64,000 nucleotides of DNA from a bacterium (GTDB taxonomy: Bacteria > Arandabacterota > Arandabacteria > Arandabacterales > Arandabacteraceae): the NCBI GenBank assembly GCA_029933125.1, contig JAOZOU010000008.1:5234-69233 (forward strand). The letters run 5' to 3'. The notes under the pieces were generated by a model. It was not told where the DNA came from and did not search any database. It worked only from the letters and a program-made list of their open reading frames with translations. A program made the translations under genes and the position numbers. This document shows positions 1 to 10,367 of the stretch, in pieces. Position 1 is the first letter of the stretch. Each line of letters begins with the position of its first letter.

Positions 1-1
1 A

Positions 2-1189
2 CAGAGACCTCCGCGGTATGTGACGGCAAGACCTAAGAGGATAAACCGTCTTCTGGGAACGGCTATTCCCGATCAGGAGATCTGTGATTATCTCGAACGC
101 CTAGGTTTTGGCGTCTCGCCTGGAAGAGATCTTGAGGTTGCTGTTCCTACTCGAAGGGGCGATGTAGAATCTGAAGTCGATATCGCTGAGGAGGTAGCTC
201 GCCTTTATGGTTACGATCGCATCCGTGCTGCTGAGGAAAGGGCATGCAGTGCTCACGGCAAGGTGTCTAGCAGCCTGGCAACACAGAGCAGACTGAGAAC
301 GTTACTTGCGGGCATGGGTCTTACAGAGGTTGTTACAGATTCAATGGTAAGTCCTGAGGTGCTCAATCTATTTGGCATGCTGCCTTCTCAGGCTGTTGAC
401 ATAAGAAATCCAGTCGGTGTTGGAGCTTCGGTATTGCGAACGGGATTGGTTCCAGGGATTGTCGAGGTACTCGTAAAGAATGAGCACCGGGGGGAGGAAT
501 CCATTGCTGTTTTTGAAATAGGCAAGATCTACGATCGCAACAACGCAAACTTCTGTGAGAAGTATAGGGTGGGATTGGGGCTGAGTGGCCTCAATGAGCC
601 ACGCATATGGTGTTGTAATGCCAGGCAGTTCGATTTCTTTGATCTCAAGGGTATGGTTGAGGCTCTTCTCAGACAATTCGGACTCGAGGCAGCTTTTGTG
701 CCAGGTGGACCTGAATTTCTCCACCTGGGCAGGAAGGCTCTTCTTCGAGGGATTGAAGGTAACGAGTTAGGTTTTGTGGGCGAGATCTTGCCCGATCTCT
801 GTGGACGCTACGGATCCAGACGGCGGCTTTATGTTGCAGAGCTTGAGTTTGAACCCTTCCTTGAGAGCATTTCGGTGATCTCTAAAGTATCTGAGCGGCC
901 GAAGTATCCAGGCGTCAAGCGTGATATAGCTGTAATAGTTTCTAAAACAGTTCTGGACAGCGATGTCCGAAGGATTATACTTGAAGAAGGTGGCGACCTT
1001 GTTGAGTCGCTTGAGACCTTTGATGTGTATGAAGGCAAACCAGTTCCTGAAAACCACAAAAGCCTTGCTTATGCGATTGTCTTCAGGGATAGATCGCGAA
1101 CCCTGAAGGAAGTTGAGGTTGACGAGATTCAGAAGAGGATAGAGAAGCGCATAAATGAGGAGCTAAAGGGGACTCTGAGGAAAGAGTGA
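2..1189 (+). CDS. pheT: Phenylalanine--tRNA ligase beta subunit, C-terminal ~395 aa (5' end lies outside the window)
   Basis: The frame is open from base 2. B5/B3-4-like segment DIAEEVARLYGYDRI. C-terminal ferredoxin-fold anticodon-binding tail KSLAYAIVFRDRSRTLKEVEVDEI. Confidence 0.85.
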   Translation, partial: QRPPRYVTARPKRINRLLGTAIPDQEICDYLERLGFGVSPGRDLEVAVPTRRGDVESEVDIAEEVARLYGYDRIRAAEERACSAHGKVSSSLATQSRLRTLLAGMGLTEVVTDSMVSPEVLNLFGMLPSQAVDIRNPVGVGASVLRTGLVPGIVEVLVKNEHRGEESIAVFEIGKIYDRNNANFCEKYRVGLGLSGLNEPRIWCCNARQFDFFDLKGMVEALLRQFGLEAAFVPGGPEFLHLGRKALLRGIEGNELGFVGEILPDLCGRYGSRRRLYVAELEFEPFLESISVISKVSERPKYPGVKRDIAVIVSKTVLDSDVRRIILEEGGDLVESLETFDVYEGKPVPENHKSLAYAIVFRDRSRTLKEVEVDEIQKRIEKRINEELKGTLRKE

Positions 1190-1195
1190 CATACG

Positions 1196-1468
1196 ATGAC
1201 GCTAAATGAACTTGAGAAACTGGCTGAAAGGGTCGAAGCCTTAGTTGATGAGCTTAAGACCCAGCGAGAGATAAATAGAAGATTGATGGATGAAAAGGCG
1301 AATCTTGAGCAAGAGGTTGCGTCGCTTTCAAGGCAACTTGCCAAGCACGAAAAGGAGGGAAGCCGCATAGAGCAATTATTGGCTGAAAACAAAGCAAATA
1401 AGAAGAAATTAGCTCTGTTGAAGGCCAAAGTTACATCAATGCTTGCAAAGGTGGAAGTTTTGCAGTAG
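1196..1468 (+). CDS. Small coiled-coil protein, ZapB-like cell-division factor (tentative)
   Basis: 90 aa, heptad-rich and almost entirely helical/charged. Sits immediately upstream of zapA. No catalytic motifs. Confidence 0.45.
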   Translation: MTLNELEKLAERVEALVDELKTQREINRRLMDEKANLEQEVASLSRQLAKHEKEGSRIEQLLAENKANKKKLALLKAKVTSMLAKVEVLQ

Positions 1469-1546
1469 AAATAATGGGGGAGTGGATGGGATCGATGGAG
1501 CAGTTCGGGAATCTTGAGATTATAACAATCGCTGGGAGGGGTCAGG

Positions 1547-1834
1547 GTGTCCGATGAAAAGGGTGGTATAACAGTTGAGATTTTTGGGCATCAGTATAAG
1601 ATACGGGGCGATGCAGATCCCGAGTATATGGCTGAGATAGCCCGCTATGTTGACCAGAAGATGAAAGAGGTTGCAAAAGGGGCACCTGTTGGCTCTCTGG
1701 CAAAGATTGGTATACTAGCCGCGCTGAATATCGCTGAGGAACTTTTCAGAGTGCGCGATGAGAAACTCAGGGTTATACAGGGAATTGACACTGTTGCCCG
1801 TAGAATGCAGCGCAAACTGGAGGAAGTAGCATAG
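1547..1834 (+). CDS. zapA: Cell division protein ZapA
   Basis: 95 aa with GTG start. ITVEIFGHQYKIRGDADPEYMAEIARYVDQKMKEV is typical of the ZapA family. Sits in the pheT-zapA-rny context. Confidence 0.75.
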   Translation: MSDEKGGITVEIFGHQYKIRGDADPEYMAEIARYVDQKMKEVAKGAPVGSLAKIGILAALNIAEELFRVRDEKLRVIQGIDTVARRMQRKLEEVA

Positions 1835-1970
1835 TGAGGTTCTCCACAGCGGCTGGCTGACATCTCCATCTCGAACTGATTTCCTCGAAGCCCCACCTTG
1901 ATCTCCACTCCTCAGACCAATACGCTGCGGTGCTGTTTTAAGAGGCATCACCGCGGGGAGGTGTGGTGAT

Positions 1971-3536
1971 ATGCTAGAAACAATACTCACTATTGTGGCA
2001 GGCATCGTCGTTGCCATGCTCCTGTTCTTACTTGGATGGTATGCTCGCAAGCGAGCCAGTGAGAGCAAATTGATGAGCACCGAGAAGCTTGCCGAAAAGA
2101 TCATTGCCGAGGCCAAGAAGGAAGCCGAAACCCACAAGCGGGAGGCAATCCTTGAGGCTAAGGATCAGTGGTACAAAGCCAAAGAGAATTTTGAACGTGA
2201 GACCCAAGCCCGCCGTGCTGAGCTTGCTCGCCTTGAGAAGAAGCTCGCCGACAGGGAAGGGAGCCTCAACCGCAGAGTCGATATCCTTGAGAAGAAGGAG
2301 GCAGAGCTTCGCAGGAAGGAACGCGATCTGTCAAATCTTGAGAGGAGTCTCCGTGAGAAGGATGTCGAGCTTACCCATCTTATTGATGAGCAGAACCGGC
2401 GTCTCGAGAAGATAGCAGGGATGACAGCAGATGAAGCCAAACAACTTCTTATGACTAACCTTGAGAATCAGGCGAGGCATGAGGCAGCTCAGCTGATTCG
2501 CAGGATAAGGGAGGAGGCTGAGAGAAAGGCAGAGAAGGAGGCACGCGAGATTCTCACGCTTGCCATTCAGCGCTGTGCTGCTGATCATGTTGTCGAATCG
2601 ACTGTCTCGGTTGTCCAGCTCCCCAATGAGGAGATGAAGGGGCGTATCATTGGACGTGAGGGACGCAACATAAGGGCGTTTGAGCTTTCGACAGGTATCG
2701 ACGTTATCATCGACGATACACCTGAGGCTGTTATCCTCTCGGGCTTCGACCCCATAAGACGCGAAATAGCCAAGGTAGCCCTCGAGAGACTCGTTGTGGA
2801 TGGAAGGATCCATCCAGCACGCATTGAGGAGGTAGTTGCCAAAGTACAGGCTGAGATGGATGAGAAGATAAGGGAGACGGGGGAACAGGTATCTCTCGAT
2901 GTAGGTGTGCATGGATTGCATCCCGAGCTGATCAAGCTGCTTGGTCGACTGCAATATAGAACCAGCTACGGCCAAAATGTGCTTCAGCATAGCAAGGAGG
3001 TAGCGCATCTTGCCAGCATCATGGCGGCTGAACTCGGCTTCGATCCTTCACTTGCTAAGCGAGCAGGCCTTCTTCATGACATAGGTAAAGCGATTGACCA
3101 TGAAACCGAGGGTACACACACCCAAATAGGTGCAGAGGTCGCGGAGCGCTACGGAGAGAATCCCCAGGTCGTACATGCCATTGCTTCACATCATAGCGAT
3201 TCGGTTGTAGAATCTCCTATCTCAGTCCTGGTTCAAGCTGCAGATGCTGTATCAAGTGCGCGTCCTGGAGCACGGCGTGAAACCCTCGAGAGCTATGTGA
3301 AGCGGCTTGAAAAGCTCGAGAAGATTGCTGATTCCTTCAAAGGGGTTGCGAAGGCTTTTGCAATTCAAGCCGGGCGTGAAATCAGAATCATGGTTGAGAA
3401 CAAAGAGATAAGCGATGAACAGGCACAGGAGCTTGCCCATGATATTGCTCAGCGGGTAGAAAGGGAGCTGGAGTATCCCGGGCAGGTTAAGGTTGTTGTT
3501 ATCAGGGAAACCCGGGCAATCGAATATGCAAAATGA
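1971..3536 (+). CDS. rny: Ribonuclease Y
   Basis: N-terminal TM helix and a long charged coiled coil. KH motif [17 protein letters not shown] domain LLHDIGKA...HH. 521 aa. Confidence 0.95.
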   Translation: MLETILTIVAGIVVAMLLFLLGWYARKRASESKLMSTEKLAEKIIAEAKKEAETHKREAILEAKDQWYKAKENFERETQARRAELARLEKKLADREGSLNRRVDILEKKEAELRRKERDLSNLERSLREKDVELTHLIDEQNRRLEKIAGMTADEAKQLLMTNLENQARHEAAQLIRRIREEAERKAEKEAREILTLAIQRCAADHVVESTVSVVQLPNEEMKGRIIGREGRNIRAFELSTGIDVIIDDTPEAVILSGFDPIRREIAKVALERLVVDGRIHPARIEEVVAKVQAEMDEKIRETGEQVSLDVGVHGLHPELIKLLGRLQYRTSYGQNVLQHSKEVAHLASIMAAELGFDPSLAKRAGLLHDIGKAIDHETEGTHTQIGAEVAERYGENPQVVHAIASHHSDSVVESPISVLVQAADAVSSARPGARRETLESYVKRLEKLEKIADSFKGVAKAFAIQAGREIRIMVENKEISDEQAQELAHDIAQRVERELEYPGQVKVVVIRETRAIEYAK

Positions 3537-4332
3537 TGCTTTACTCAGGGTGCTCTTTATAGGCGACATTGTTGGAAGACAGGGTAGGAAAGCAGTTCAG
3601 CGCATCCTGCCAGGGCTCAAGCAGGAATTTCAAATAGACTTGACAATCGCCAATTGTGAGAATGCTGCCGGCGGTTTTGGGCTAACAAAGAAGCTTGCGG
3701 ATGAACTCACCGAGGCTGGGATCGATGTGATGACTTCGGGGAATCATATCTGGGACAGAAGGGAGATTGTCCCATACCTGGATTCACTACCCAATGTTCT
3801 GCGTCCTCTGAACTATCCACCGGGTGTCCCTGGTAGAGGAAGAGCAATATATGAGGTGACCGGGGGCAGGCGAATATGCGTGGTCAACCTCATGGGAAGA
3901 GTGTTCATGCGTGCAATTGATTGTCCTTTCAGAACAATAGATACACTGCTTAATCAGATCGAAAATATGTGTACGATTGTTGATATGCATGCGGAGGCAA
4001 CAAGTGAGAAAATCGCTATGGGCTGGTATCTCGATGGGAGAGTGAGCGCAGTTCTCGGTAGTCATACCCATGTACAAACCGCTGATGAAAGAATCCTTCC
4101 TGGAGGTACAGCCTATATAACTGATGCTGGTATGACGGGACCCTTTGATTCAGTGATTGGAATTGAAAAGAAAGCAATAATAGAGCGTTTCCTAACAGGT
4201 ATACCTTCAAGATTTGATGCTGCGACCCAGGATGTCCGTTTTTGCGGTGTTGTTGTTTCCATTGACACAACAACCTCGAGGGCGCTTGAAATCGTGCGAC
4301 TGCAGCGCTCAGTCAACCCCGAGGGAGACTAA
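3526..4332 (+). CDS. ymdB: YmdB-family metallophosphoesterase (2',3'-cyclic-nucleotide 2'-phosphodiesterase)
   Basis: Motifs [52 protein letters not shown]. The ATG at 3526 overlaps the rny stop. Conserved rny-ymdB pairing. Confidence 0.85.
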   Translation: MQNDALLRVLFIGDIVGRQGRKAVQRILPGLKQEFQIDLTIANCENAAGGFGLTKKLADELTEAGIDVMTSGNHIWDRREIVPYLDSLPNVLRPLNYPPGVPGRGRAIYEVTGGRRICVVNLMGRVFMRAIDCPFRTIDTLLNQIENMCTIVDMHAEATSEKIAMGWYLDGRVSAVLGSHTHVQTADERILPGGTAYITDAGMTGPFDSVIGIEKKAIIERFLTGIPSRFDAATQDVRFCGVVVSIDTTTSRALEIVRLQRSVNPEGD

Positions 4333-5219
4333 TGAGTGCTGTCCTACTGGATGGCAGGAGTATTGCCAGGCAGATTAGGGAAGAGGTCAAGTCCGAGGTC
4401 GAGGATCTTAGGCAAACCGGTATCAAACCCTGTCTCGCTGTTTTACTCGTTGGAGAAAACCCAGCTTCAGAGATCTACGTTGCCAGCAAACAGAAGGCTT
4501 GTGAGAAAGTGGGGATTGAATCACAAATGCTGAGGTTGCCAGCCTCAGCTTCAGAAAGAGAAATCTTAAGGCTCGTAAGCGAGCTCAACTCAGATGAGAA
4601 AGTTCATGGTATCCTCGTCCAGCTTCCTCTACCTGACCACATTGACGAGCTTCGTGTGATTGATTCAATAGATCCTCGTAAGGATGTCGACGGTTTTACG
4701 CCCGAGAACCTTGGAAGACTTCTTCTTGGAAAACCTTATACCGTACCATGTACCCCTGCTGGCATAGTGGAGCTACTCCGTCATTATGGTCTTCAAGTTG
4801 AAGGTTCTAATGTTGTTATAATTGGGCGTAGTAATATTGTCGGCAAGCCTCTGGCAGCCTTACTCGTGCAAAAAGCAGAGGGATACAATTGCACGGTCAC
4901 AATTTGTCATTCAAAGACCAGAGACGTCACTTGGTTTACAAAGAGTGCCGACATAATTGTAACTGCAATGGGTAGGGCGGGCTTTCTAAAAGCTGATATG
5001 GTAAGATCGGGCTCGATCATCATAGACGTGGGTATCAACAGGATTACTGATGTGACAGCCCCAAAAGGCTACCGAATTGTTGGAGATGCTGATTTCGATG
5101 ATCTTCGTGACATCGCCTCCCATATTACCCCTGTACCCGGCGGGGTTGGCCCTATGACAGTTGCAATGCTCCTTAGGAACACCCTTAAAGTCGCGAGGTC
5201 ATCGCAATGGAATCGATAG
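4332..5219 (+). CDS. folD: Bifunctional methylenetetrahydrofolate dehydrogenase/methenyl-THF cyclohydrolase
   Basis: Motifs VLLVGENPASEIYVASKQKAC, ILVQLPLP, VVIIGRSNIVGKPLA, PVPGGVGPMTVAML. Confidence 0.95.
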   Translation: MSAVLLDGRSIARQIREEVKSEVEDLRQTGIKPCLAVLLVGENPASEIYVASKQKACEKVGIESQMLRLPASASEREILRLVSELNSDEKVHGILVQLPLPDHIDELRVIDSIDPRKDVDGFTPENLGRLLLGKPYTVPCTPAGIVELLRHYGLQVEGSNVVIIGRSNIVGKPLAALLVQKAEGYNCTVTICHSKTRDVTWFTKSADIIVTAMGRAGFLKADMVRSGSIIIDVGINRITDVTAPKGYRIVGDADFDDLRDIASHITPVPGGVGPMTVAMLLRNTLKVARSSQWNR

Positions 5220-6436
5220 AAGGTGCAGTGGGTGAGGCAAAGATCTATACAGTATCTGAGCTAACAATGCTCTTGCGAAATCTGATAGAAGGCGAGTTTC
5301 CCTCGCTATGGGTAACAGGAGAAGTCTCGAATTTCAACAGACACTCATCAGGTCATATCTATTTTACCCTCAAGGACGAGAAGGCCCAGCTGAAGTGTTT
5401 GATATTTAGCGGAACAGCCCGTCTTCAGAGCTTCTTGCCTAAGGATGGTCTGAGAATCCTCGCACAAGGGAGATTGACTGTTTACGAGCGAGCAGGGCAA
5501 TACGAGCTCATAGTAAATTCCCTCTTACCGTCAGGCAGGGGGGAACTCTACATAGCTTTTAATCAACTTAAGGAGAAGCTGGCTAAGGAGGGCCTTTTCA
5601 ATAGGGAAAGGAAAAAGCCCTTGCCTGCCTTCCCGCGACGCATAGCAGTTATCACATCACCGACAGGCGCTGCCATAAGAGATGTGATTCGGGTTGCAAC
5701 CTCTATCCATTCAGGCATTACGATGGTTGTTGTACCCGTGAAGGTGCAGGGAGAGGGTGCTAAGGAGGAGATTGCCGAGGCTCTCGATTACATCAATGAG
5801 ATTGGTGGCTTCGATGTTGTTCTCCTTACCAGAGGTGGCGGCTCCATCGAGGATCTCTGGGCTTTCAACGAGGAGATTGTGGCCAGAGCTATAAGCAGGT
5901 CAAGGATACCTGTGGTTTCAGCAGTGGGACATGAGATCGATTATACGATTGCTGATCTTGTTGCTGATGCAAGGGCTCCGACCCCTTCAGCTGCCCCTCC
6001 CCTTATCCTTGCCGACTATATTGATGCCAAACCGCGGCTTGCGTTGCTCATCCAGCGAGCCACAAGAGCCATAATCAATCGTGTAGTGAGCTATGAGAGT
6101 ACCCTCAATGCTATCAAAGGAAGCTACGGTCTCAAGCGAATGAAAGATAGAGTTCTCGATAGCATGCAGCATGTGGATGAGGTAATCCTGCGTGCCCACA
6201 GAGCTATCGCGGGGATGATCGAATCTTCCAATGCAAGTCTCGAAGCACTACTTGCGCGAGCAAATGCGCTCAGTCCTCTTGCGACCCTTGAGCGAGGCTA
6301 TTCTATTTGTTTTCGTCAGGATGGCAAAGTTGTAAGAAGCTATCTTGAAATTGCTCCTGGTGATAGGTTGAGAATTCGATTCGCTGAAGGACAGGCACTT
6401 TCAAGGGTTGAAAAAAGTGGGAAGGAGCTGGCCTGA
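5207..6436 (+). CDS. xseA: Exodeoxyribonuclease VII large subunit
   Basis: OB-fold N-terminus WVTGEVSNFNRHSSGHIYFTLKD. RGGGSIEDLWAFNEE motif. Followed by xseB. Confidence 0.9.
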   Translation: MESIEGAVGEAKIYTVSELTMLLRNLIEGEFPSLWVTGEVSNFNRHSSGHIYFTLKDEKAQLKCLIFSGTARLQSFLPKDGLRILAQGRLTVYERAGQYELIVNSLLPSGRGELYIAFNQLKEKLAKEGLFNRERKKPLPAFPRRIAVITSPTGAAIRDVIRVATSIHSGITMVVVPVKVQGEGAKEEIAEALDYINEIGGFDVVLLTRGGGSIEDLWAFNEEIVARAISRSRIPVVSAVGHEIDYTIADLVADARAPTPSAAPPLILADYIDAKPRLALLIQRATRAIINRVVSYESTLNAIKGSYGLKRMKDRVLDSMQHVDEVILRAHRAIAGMIESSNASLEALLARANALSPLATLERGYSICFRQDGKVVRSYLEIAPGDRLRIRFAEGQALSRVEKSGKELA

Positions 6437-6690
6437 TGTCCGAAATGAAATTTGACGAGGCTATGAAACGTATTGAGGAGATTGTGAACGATCTTGAGAA
6501 GGGTGAACTCCCGCTTGAGCAGGCTCTCGAACGCTTTGAGGAAGCAATTCGCCTTGCCAAGGTATGTCAGGCTAAGCTTGAGGACGCACGCGAGCGAATC
6601 TCCAAGCTAGTTCGTGAGGGTGAAGCCTTTAAGCTCGAGCCCTTTGAAGGTGGGGAATCCCGAGATGATTCCAAGATCACACGAGTTTGA
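6436..6690 (+). CDS. xseB: Exodeoxyribonuclease VII small subunit
   Basis: 84 aa. FDEAMKRIEEIVNDLEKGELPLEQALERFEEAIRL is the canonical XseB helix pair. 1-nt overlap with xseA. Confidence 0.85.
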   Translation: MSEMKFDEAMKRIEEIVNDLEKGELPLEQALERFEEAIRLAKVCQAKLEDARERISKLVREGEAFKLEPFEGGESRDDSKITRV

Positions 6691-7573
6691 CATAAGGGCA
6701 TATCTGAAACAGAAGCGAGCTCAGGTTGATAAAGCTCTCGATGAATGTCTTCCTCCGGAAGATACATATCCCCAAAGTCTCTATCGAGCTATGCGTTATA
6801 GCGTCTTCAGCGGAGGCAAGAGATTCAGGCCAGTGCTCTGTATAGCTTCTTTTGAGATCTGCGGCGGCAGGGGAGAAATTATTTTGCCTGTTGCCTGTGC
6901 GATTGAAATGATTCACACCTATTCACTCATCCATGATGATCTGCCTTGCATGGATGATGATGATCTCCGCAGAGGCAAGCCAACGAGCCATAAGGTGTTT
7001 GGCGAGGCTATAGCTGTTTTGGCGGGCGATGCTCTTCTAGGTCTTGCTATTGAGACTATAGCTAGAAGATTGCCTCCCGTGGCTGGATTTGAGATTACCA
7101 ACAAGGTGCTTGTTGACCTTCTGGCTGCTATAGGCACGGACGGTATGGTTGCAGGACAGGTTGTTGACATAGAAAGCGAGGGCAAAGCTGCCGATGCAAA
7201 AACGGTTGAATACATACACACCCGCAAGACTGGGTGTCTGATTGCAAGCTCGGTTCGCATAGGGGCAATTGTGGCTGATGCCTCTGAGGAAGTAGTCGAG
7301 AGGCTCTCCCGGTACGGACAGAGGATTGGGCTCGCATTCCAGATAGTTGATGATATTCTCGATGTTGAAGGCTCATTTGGAAAGCTTAAGGGGGGAGTGG
7401 GAAGGGATGCTCAACGCCAGAAGACGACTTACCCGGGTGTTTTTGGGCTTGAGAAATCAAAGGAAACTGCGCGTTCACTCGTAAACGAGGCCAAGGAATT
7501 TCTTGAAGATTTGGGTTCGAAGGCGTTACCTTTGAAATTGCTAGCAGACATGGTTATTGAGCGTACATCTTAG
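6665..7573 (+). CDS. ispA: Polyprenyl (farnesyl/geranylgeranyl) diphosphate synthase
   Basis: First Asp-rich motif LIHDDLPCMDDDDLRRG and second FQIVDDILD. Start placed at ATG 6665, the in-frame Met just before the conserved N-terminus. The ORF is open from 6614. Confidence 0.85.
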   Translation: MIPRSHEFDIRAYLKQKRAQVDKALDECLPPEDTYPQSLYRAMRYSVFSGGKRFRPVLCIASFEICGGRGEIILPVACAIEMIHTYSLIHDDLPCMDDDDLRRGKPTSHKVFGEAIAVLAGDALLGLAIETIARRLPPVAGFEITNKVLVDLLAAIGTDGMVAGQVVDIESEGKAADAKTVEYIHTRKTGCLIASSVRIGAIVADASEEVVERLSRYGQRIGLAFQIVDDILDVEGSFGKLKGGVGRDAQRQKTTYPGVFGLEKSKETARSLVNEAKEFLEDLGSKALPLKLLADMVIERTS

Positions 7574-7576
7574 GGG

Positions 7577-9472
7577 GTGTTAGTCACGGCCATCCTCGAG
7601 AGGATAGACAGTCCGGCAGATCTTAAGAAACTCAAGGTAAGCGAGCTTCCCAAGCTCGCTGCGGAGATTCGTGAAGAGATAATATCAGTTGTTTCGGAAA
7701 CGGGTGGCCATCTTGCACCAAGTCTTGGTGTAGTCGAACTCACGCTTGCGATTCACTATTGCTTTGATTCCCCTAAAGACAAGATCATCTGGGACGTCGG
7801 ACACCAGGCATATGCCCATAAGTTGCTTACAGGTCGAAGGCGAGTTTTCAAGAAACTAAGGGTTAAAGGGGGAATAAGTGGCTTCCCCAAGATCGCTGAA
7901 AGTGAGCATGACGCTTTTGGCACTGGCCATGCCAGTACTTCGATTTCAGCTGCTCTTGGATTGGCCTGTGCCAGGGACATGAAAGGTGAAGATTATCACG
8001 TTGTTGCTGTAATTGGTGATGGCGCTCTAACCGGAGGCATGGCTTTCGAGGGTCTCAATCAGGCTGGGCATCTTAAGAAGGATCTCATAGTTATTCTTAA
8101 CGAGAACAAGATGTCTATTTCGCGGAATGTGGGAGCCCTTTCACAGTATCTCACGCGTTTGATATCTGCCCCTGTCTATAGAAGGTTCGAAGCCGATGTA
8201 TGGGAGCTCCTTGGTAAGATACCTACCTTCGGTGGAAAGGCGCGTAAGCTTGCAAGTAGAATCAAGGAGAGCCTCAAGAATCTTGTTGTGCCGGGAATAC
8301 TTTTTGAGGAGTTGGGCTTCCGTTACTATGGACCAGTCGATGGCCATGATGTTGAGCAGCTCATCCATGTTCTCAAGCACATAAAACAATTCCATGGTCC
8401 GCAACTGCTTCACGTTGTTACCAAGAAGGGTAAGGGCTACTGTCATGCGGAAAAGGATGCGACCAAGTTTCATGGCATTGGATCTTTTGACAAAGAAACG
8501 GGTAAGCTCGAGAAAGCTTCTGACTTTCCTTCCTATACGCAGGTCTTCGGCAGAACTCTAACAGAGATTGCAAAACATAGAAGCGATATTGTGGCAATAA
8601 CAGCTGCTATGCCTGATGGTACAGGTCTAACGACTTTCAGGGATACCATCCCTGACAGATTCTTTGATGTGGGAATTGCTGAGCAGCACGCTGTTACCTT
8701 TGCAGCCGCTCTCGCCAGAGCTGGGCTGAAACCTGTTGCTGCGATCTATTCCACTTTTCTACAGAGGGCATTTGATCAAATAATCCACGATGTGGCTTTA
8801 CAGAATCTCAATGTGGCATTTGCAATTGATCGCGGTGGACTCGTAGGTGAAGATGGACCCACGCACCATGGTGTCTTTGATTTGAGTTATCTTCGGCAGA
8901 TTCCCAACCTTGTTGTCATGGCTCCCAAAGATGAAAACGAACTGCGTCACATGATAGCGACCATGATCGCCTACAAAGATGGACCCATTGCAGTGAGGTA
9001 TCCCCGCGACTATGGCTACGGGGTTGGCTTTGATGAGGATCTCATGGTTCTACCTATAGGTAAAGGTGAGCTCCTAAAGCGAGGGAGTGAGGTTGCTCTT
9101 ATAGCAATCGGTTCTATGGTTTATCCATCACTCAGTGCTGCGCACACTCTCGAGTCAGAAGGCATTTCAACAGCAGTAGTAAATGCGAGATTCGTTAAGC
9201 CGCTCGATGAGGAACTCATAATCAAAACTGCCTTAGGTGTAAAGATCGTCGTTACGGTTGAGGAGAATGCTAGGTGTGGCGGCTTCGGTAGCGCAGTAGC
9301 CGAAATGTTAAGTCAGAATGGAGTAAATGTAGGACTTATACTTATTGGTCTGCCTGACCGCTTCATTGAACACGGCAGACGTTCTGAGCTTCTAGGTGAC
9401 GTTGGACTGAATGCTGAAGGAATAGCAGCAAGCGTAAGAGAGGCCCTAAGGAGTGTTGAGCACCGTGCCTAA
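7577..9472 (+). CDS. dxs: 1-deoxy-D-xylulose-5-phosphate synthase
   Basis: Motifs GGHLAPSLGVVELT, WDVGHQAYAHKLLTGRR, TPP motif GDGALTGGMAFEGLN, DVGIAEQHAV. GTG start. Confidence 0.95.
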   Translation: MLVTAILERIDSPADLKKLKVSELPKLAAEIREEIISVVSETGGHLAPSLGVVELTLAIHYCFDSPKDKIIWDVGHQAYAHKLLTGRRRVFKKLRVKGGISGFPKIAESEHDAFGTGHASTSISAALGLACARDMKGEDYHVVAVIGDGALTGGMAFEGLNQAGHLKKDLIVILNENKMSISRNVGALSQYLTRLISAPVYRRFEADVWELLGKIPTFGGKARKLASRIKESLKNLVVPGILFEELGFRYYGPVDGHDVEQLIHVLKHIKQFHGPQLLHVVTKKGKGYCHAEKDATKFHGIGSFDKETGKLEKASDFPSYTQVFGRTLTEIAKHRSDIVAITAAMPDGTGLTTFRDTIPDRFFDVGIAEQHAVTFAAALARAGLKPVAAIYSTFLQRAFDQIIHDVALQNLNVAFAIDRGGLVGEDGPTHHGVFDLSYLRQIPNLVVMAPKDENELRHMIATMIAYKDGPIAVRYPRDYGYGVGFDEDLMVLPIGKGELLKRGSEVALIAIGSMVYPSLSAAHTLESEGISTAVVNARFVKPLDEELIIKTALGVKIVVTVEENARCGGFGSAVAEMLSQNGVNVGLILIGLPDRFIEHGRRSELLGDVGLNAEGIAASVREALRSVEHRA

Positions 9473-10355
9473 GATCTTCGGGATCATTGCTAACAAGCGA
9501 AAGCCAAATGTGGCAGAAGTTGTTAAGAGCCTGGTCAAGTGGCTGGAAAAGAGGGACTGCGAAGCACTCGTGTGGGATGACATTGCGGAGGAAGTAAATT
9601 TAGGTAAGATTGTCCCAATCTCTGAAGTTGGAAGCGGAAGCGACCTTGTCATTGCCCTGGGGGGAGATGGGACCCTACTAAGAGCCGCCAGAGCCGTCGG
9701 GGAAAAGCAAGTCCCTATTCTTGGTGTAAATATTGGAAGCCTCGGTTTCCTCACCGAGGTCACTGTGGATGAAGTTTTTGAGGCTCTTGAAGGGATACTG
9801 GCAGGGGACTATACCTGGGAAGATCGCATGAATGTTGATGTAATTGTCGAAAGACAGGGTAAGCAGATTGGTACGTATACTGCCCTCAATGACATTGTGA
9901 TAAATAAGGGCGCTCTCTCACGTGTGATCGAGATGCGCGTGAACATAGACGGACACTATCTTGCGAGCTATACTGCTGATGGCCTTATTATATCGACTCC
10001 AACTGGTTCAACAGCCTATTCGCTTTCAGCCGGTGGACCTATTATCAACCCATCCATGGACGCCATAATCGCAACCCCTATATGTCCACATACGCTTGCA
10101 ATCAGACCCATGATCCTCTCAGGAGCGCAAACGCTTAAAGTCGAGATCAAGGCTGGACACTCGCCTCACCACAACACCGAGGTGACGCTTACAGTCGACG
10201 GTCAAGTTGGATTTGGTTTGGAATCAGGCGATCGACTCACCTTTAGGAAGTCATCACGTAAGACGCGACTTGTGCTTTCGGGCTATAGATCGTTCTACGA
10301 GGTGCTCCGTGAGAAGCTATGCTGGGGGGATATCAGGCGCAGGCCTGGTAAGTAG
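9453..10355 (+). CDS. nadK: NAD+ kinase
   Basis: GGDGTLL motif (IALGGDGTLLRAAR), NDIVI, DGLIISTPTGSTAYSLSAGGPI. GTG start overlapping the dxs end. Confidence 0.9.
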   Translation: MLSTVPKIFGIIANKRKPNVAEVVKSLVKWLEKRDCEALVWDDIAEEVNLGKIVPISEVGSGSDLVIALGGDGTLLRAARAVGEKQVPILGVNIGSLGFLTEVTVDEVFEALEGILAGDYTWEDRMNVDVIVERQGKQIGTYTALNDIVINKGALSRVIEMRVNIDGHYLASYTADGLIISTPTGSTAYSLSAGGPIINPSMDAIIATPICPHTLAIRPMILSGAQTLKVEIKAGHSPHHNTEVTLTVDGQVGFGLESGDRLTFRKSSRKTRLVLSGYRSFYEVLREKLCWGDIRRRPGK

Positions 10356-10367
10356 TTTGGGTGGACG

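Noticed and set aside
1835-1970. Possible 6S RNA (ssrS) or another sRNA in the zapA-rny spacer. 6S genes are linked to the zapA neighbourhood in some bacteria.
   Set aside because: The spacer is only ~136 nt, shorter than a typical ~180-nt 6S RNA. By eye I could not find the long end-to-end helix with a central bubble, only short imperfect complementarity. An Infernal/Rfam scan would be needed, so no call is made.
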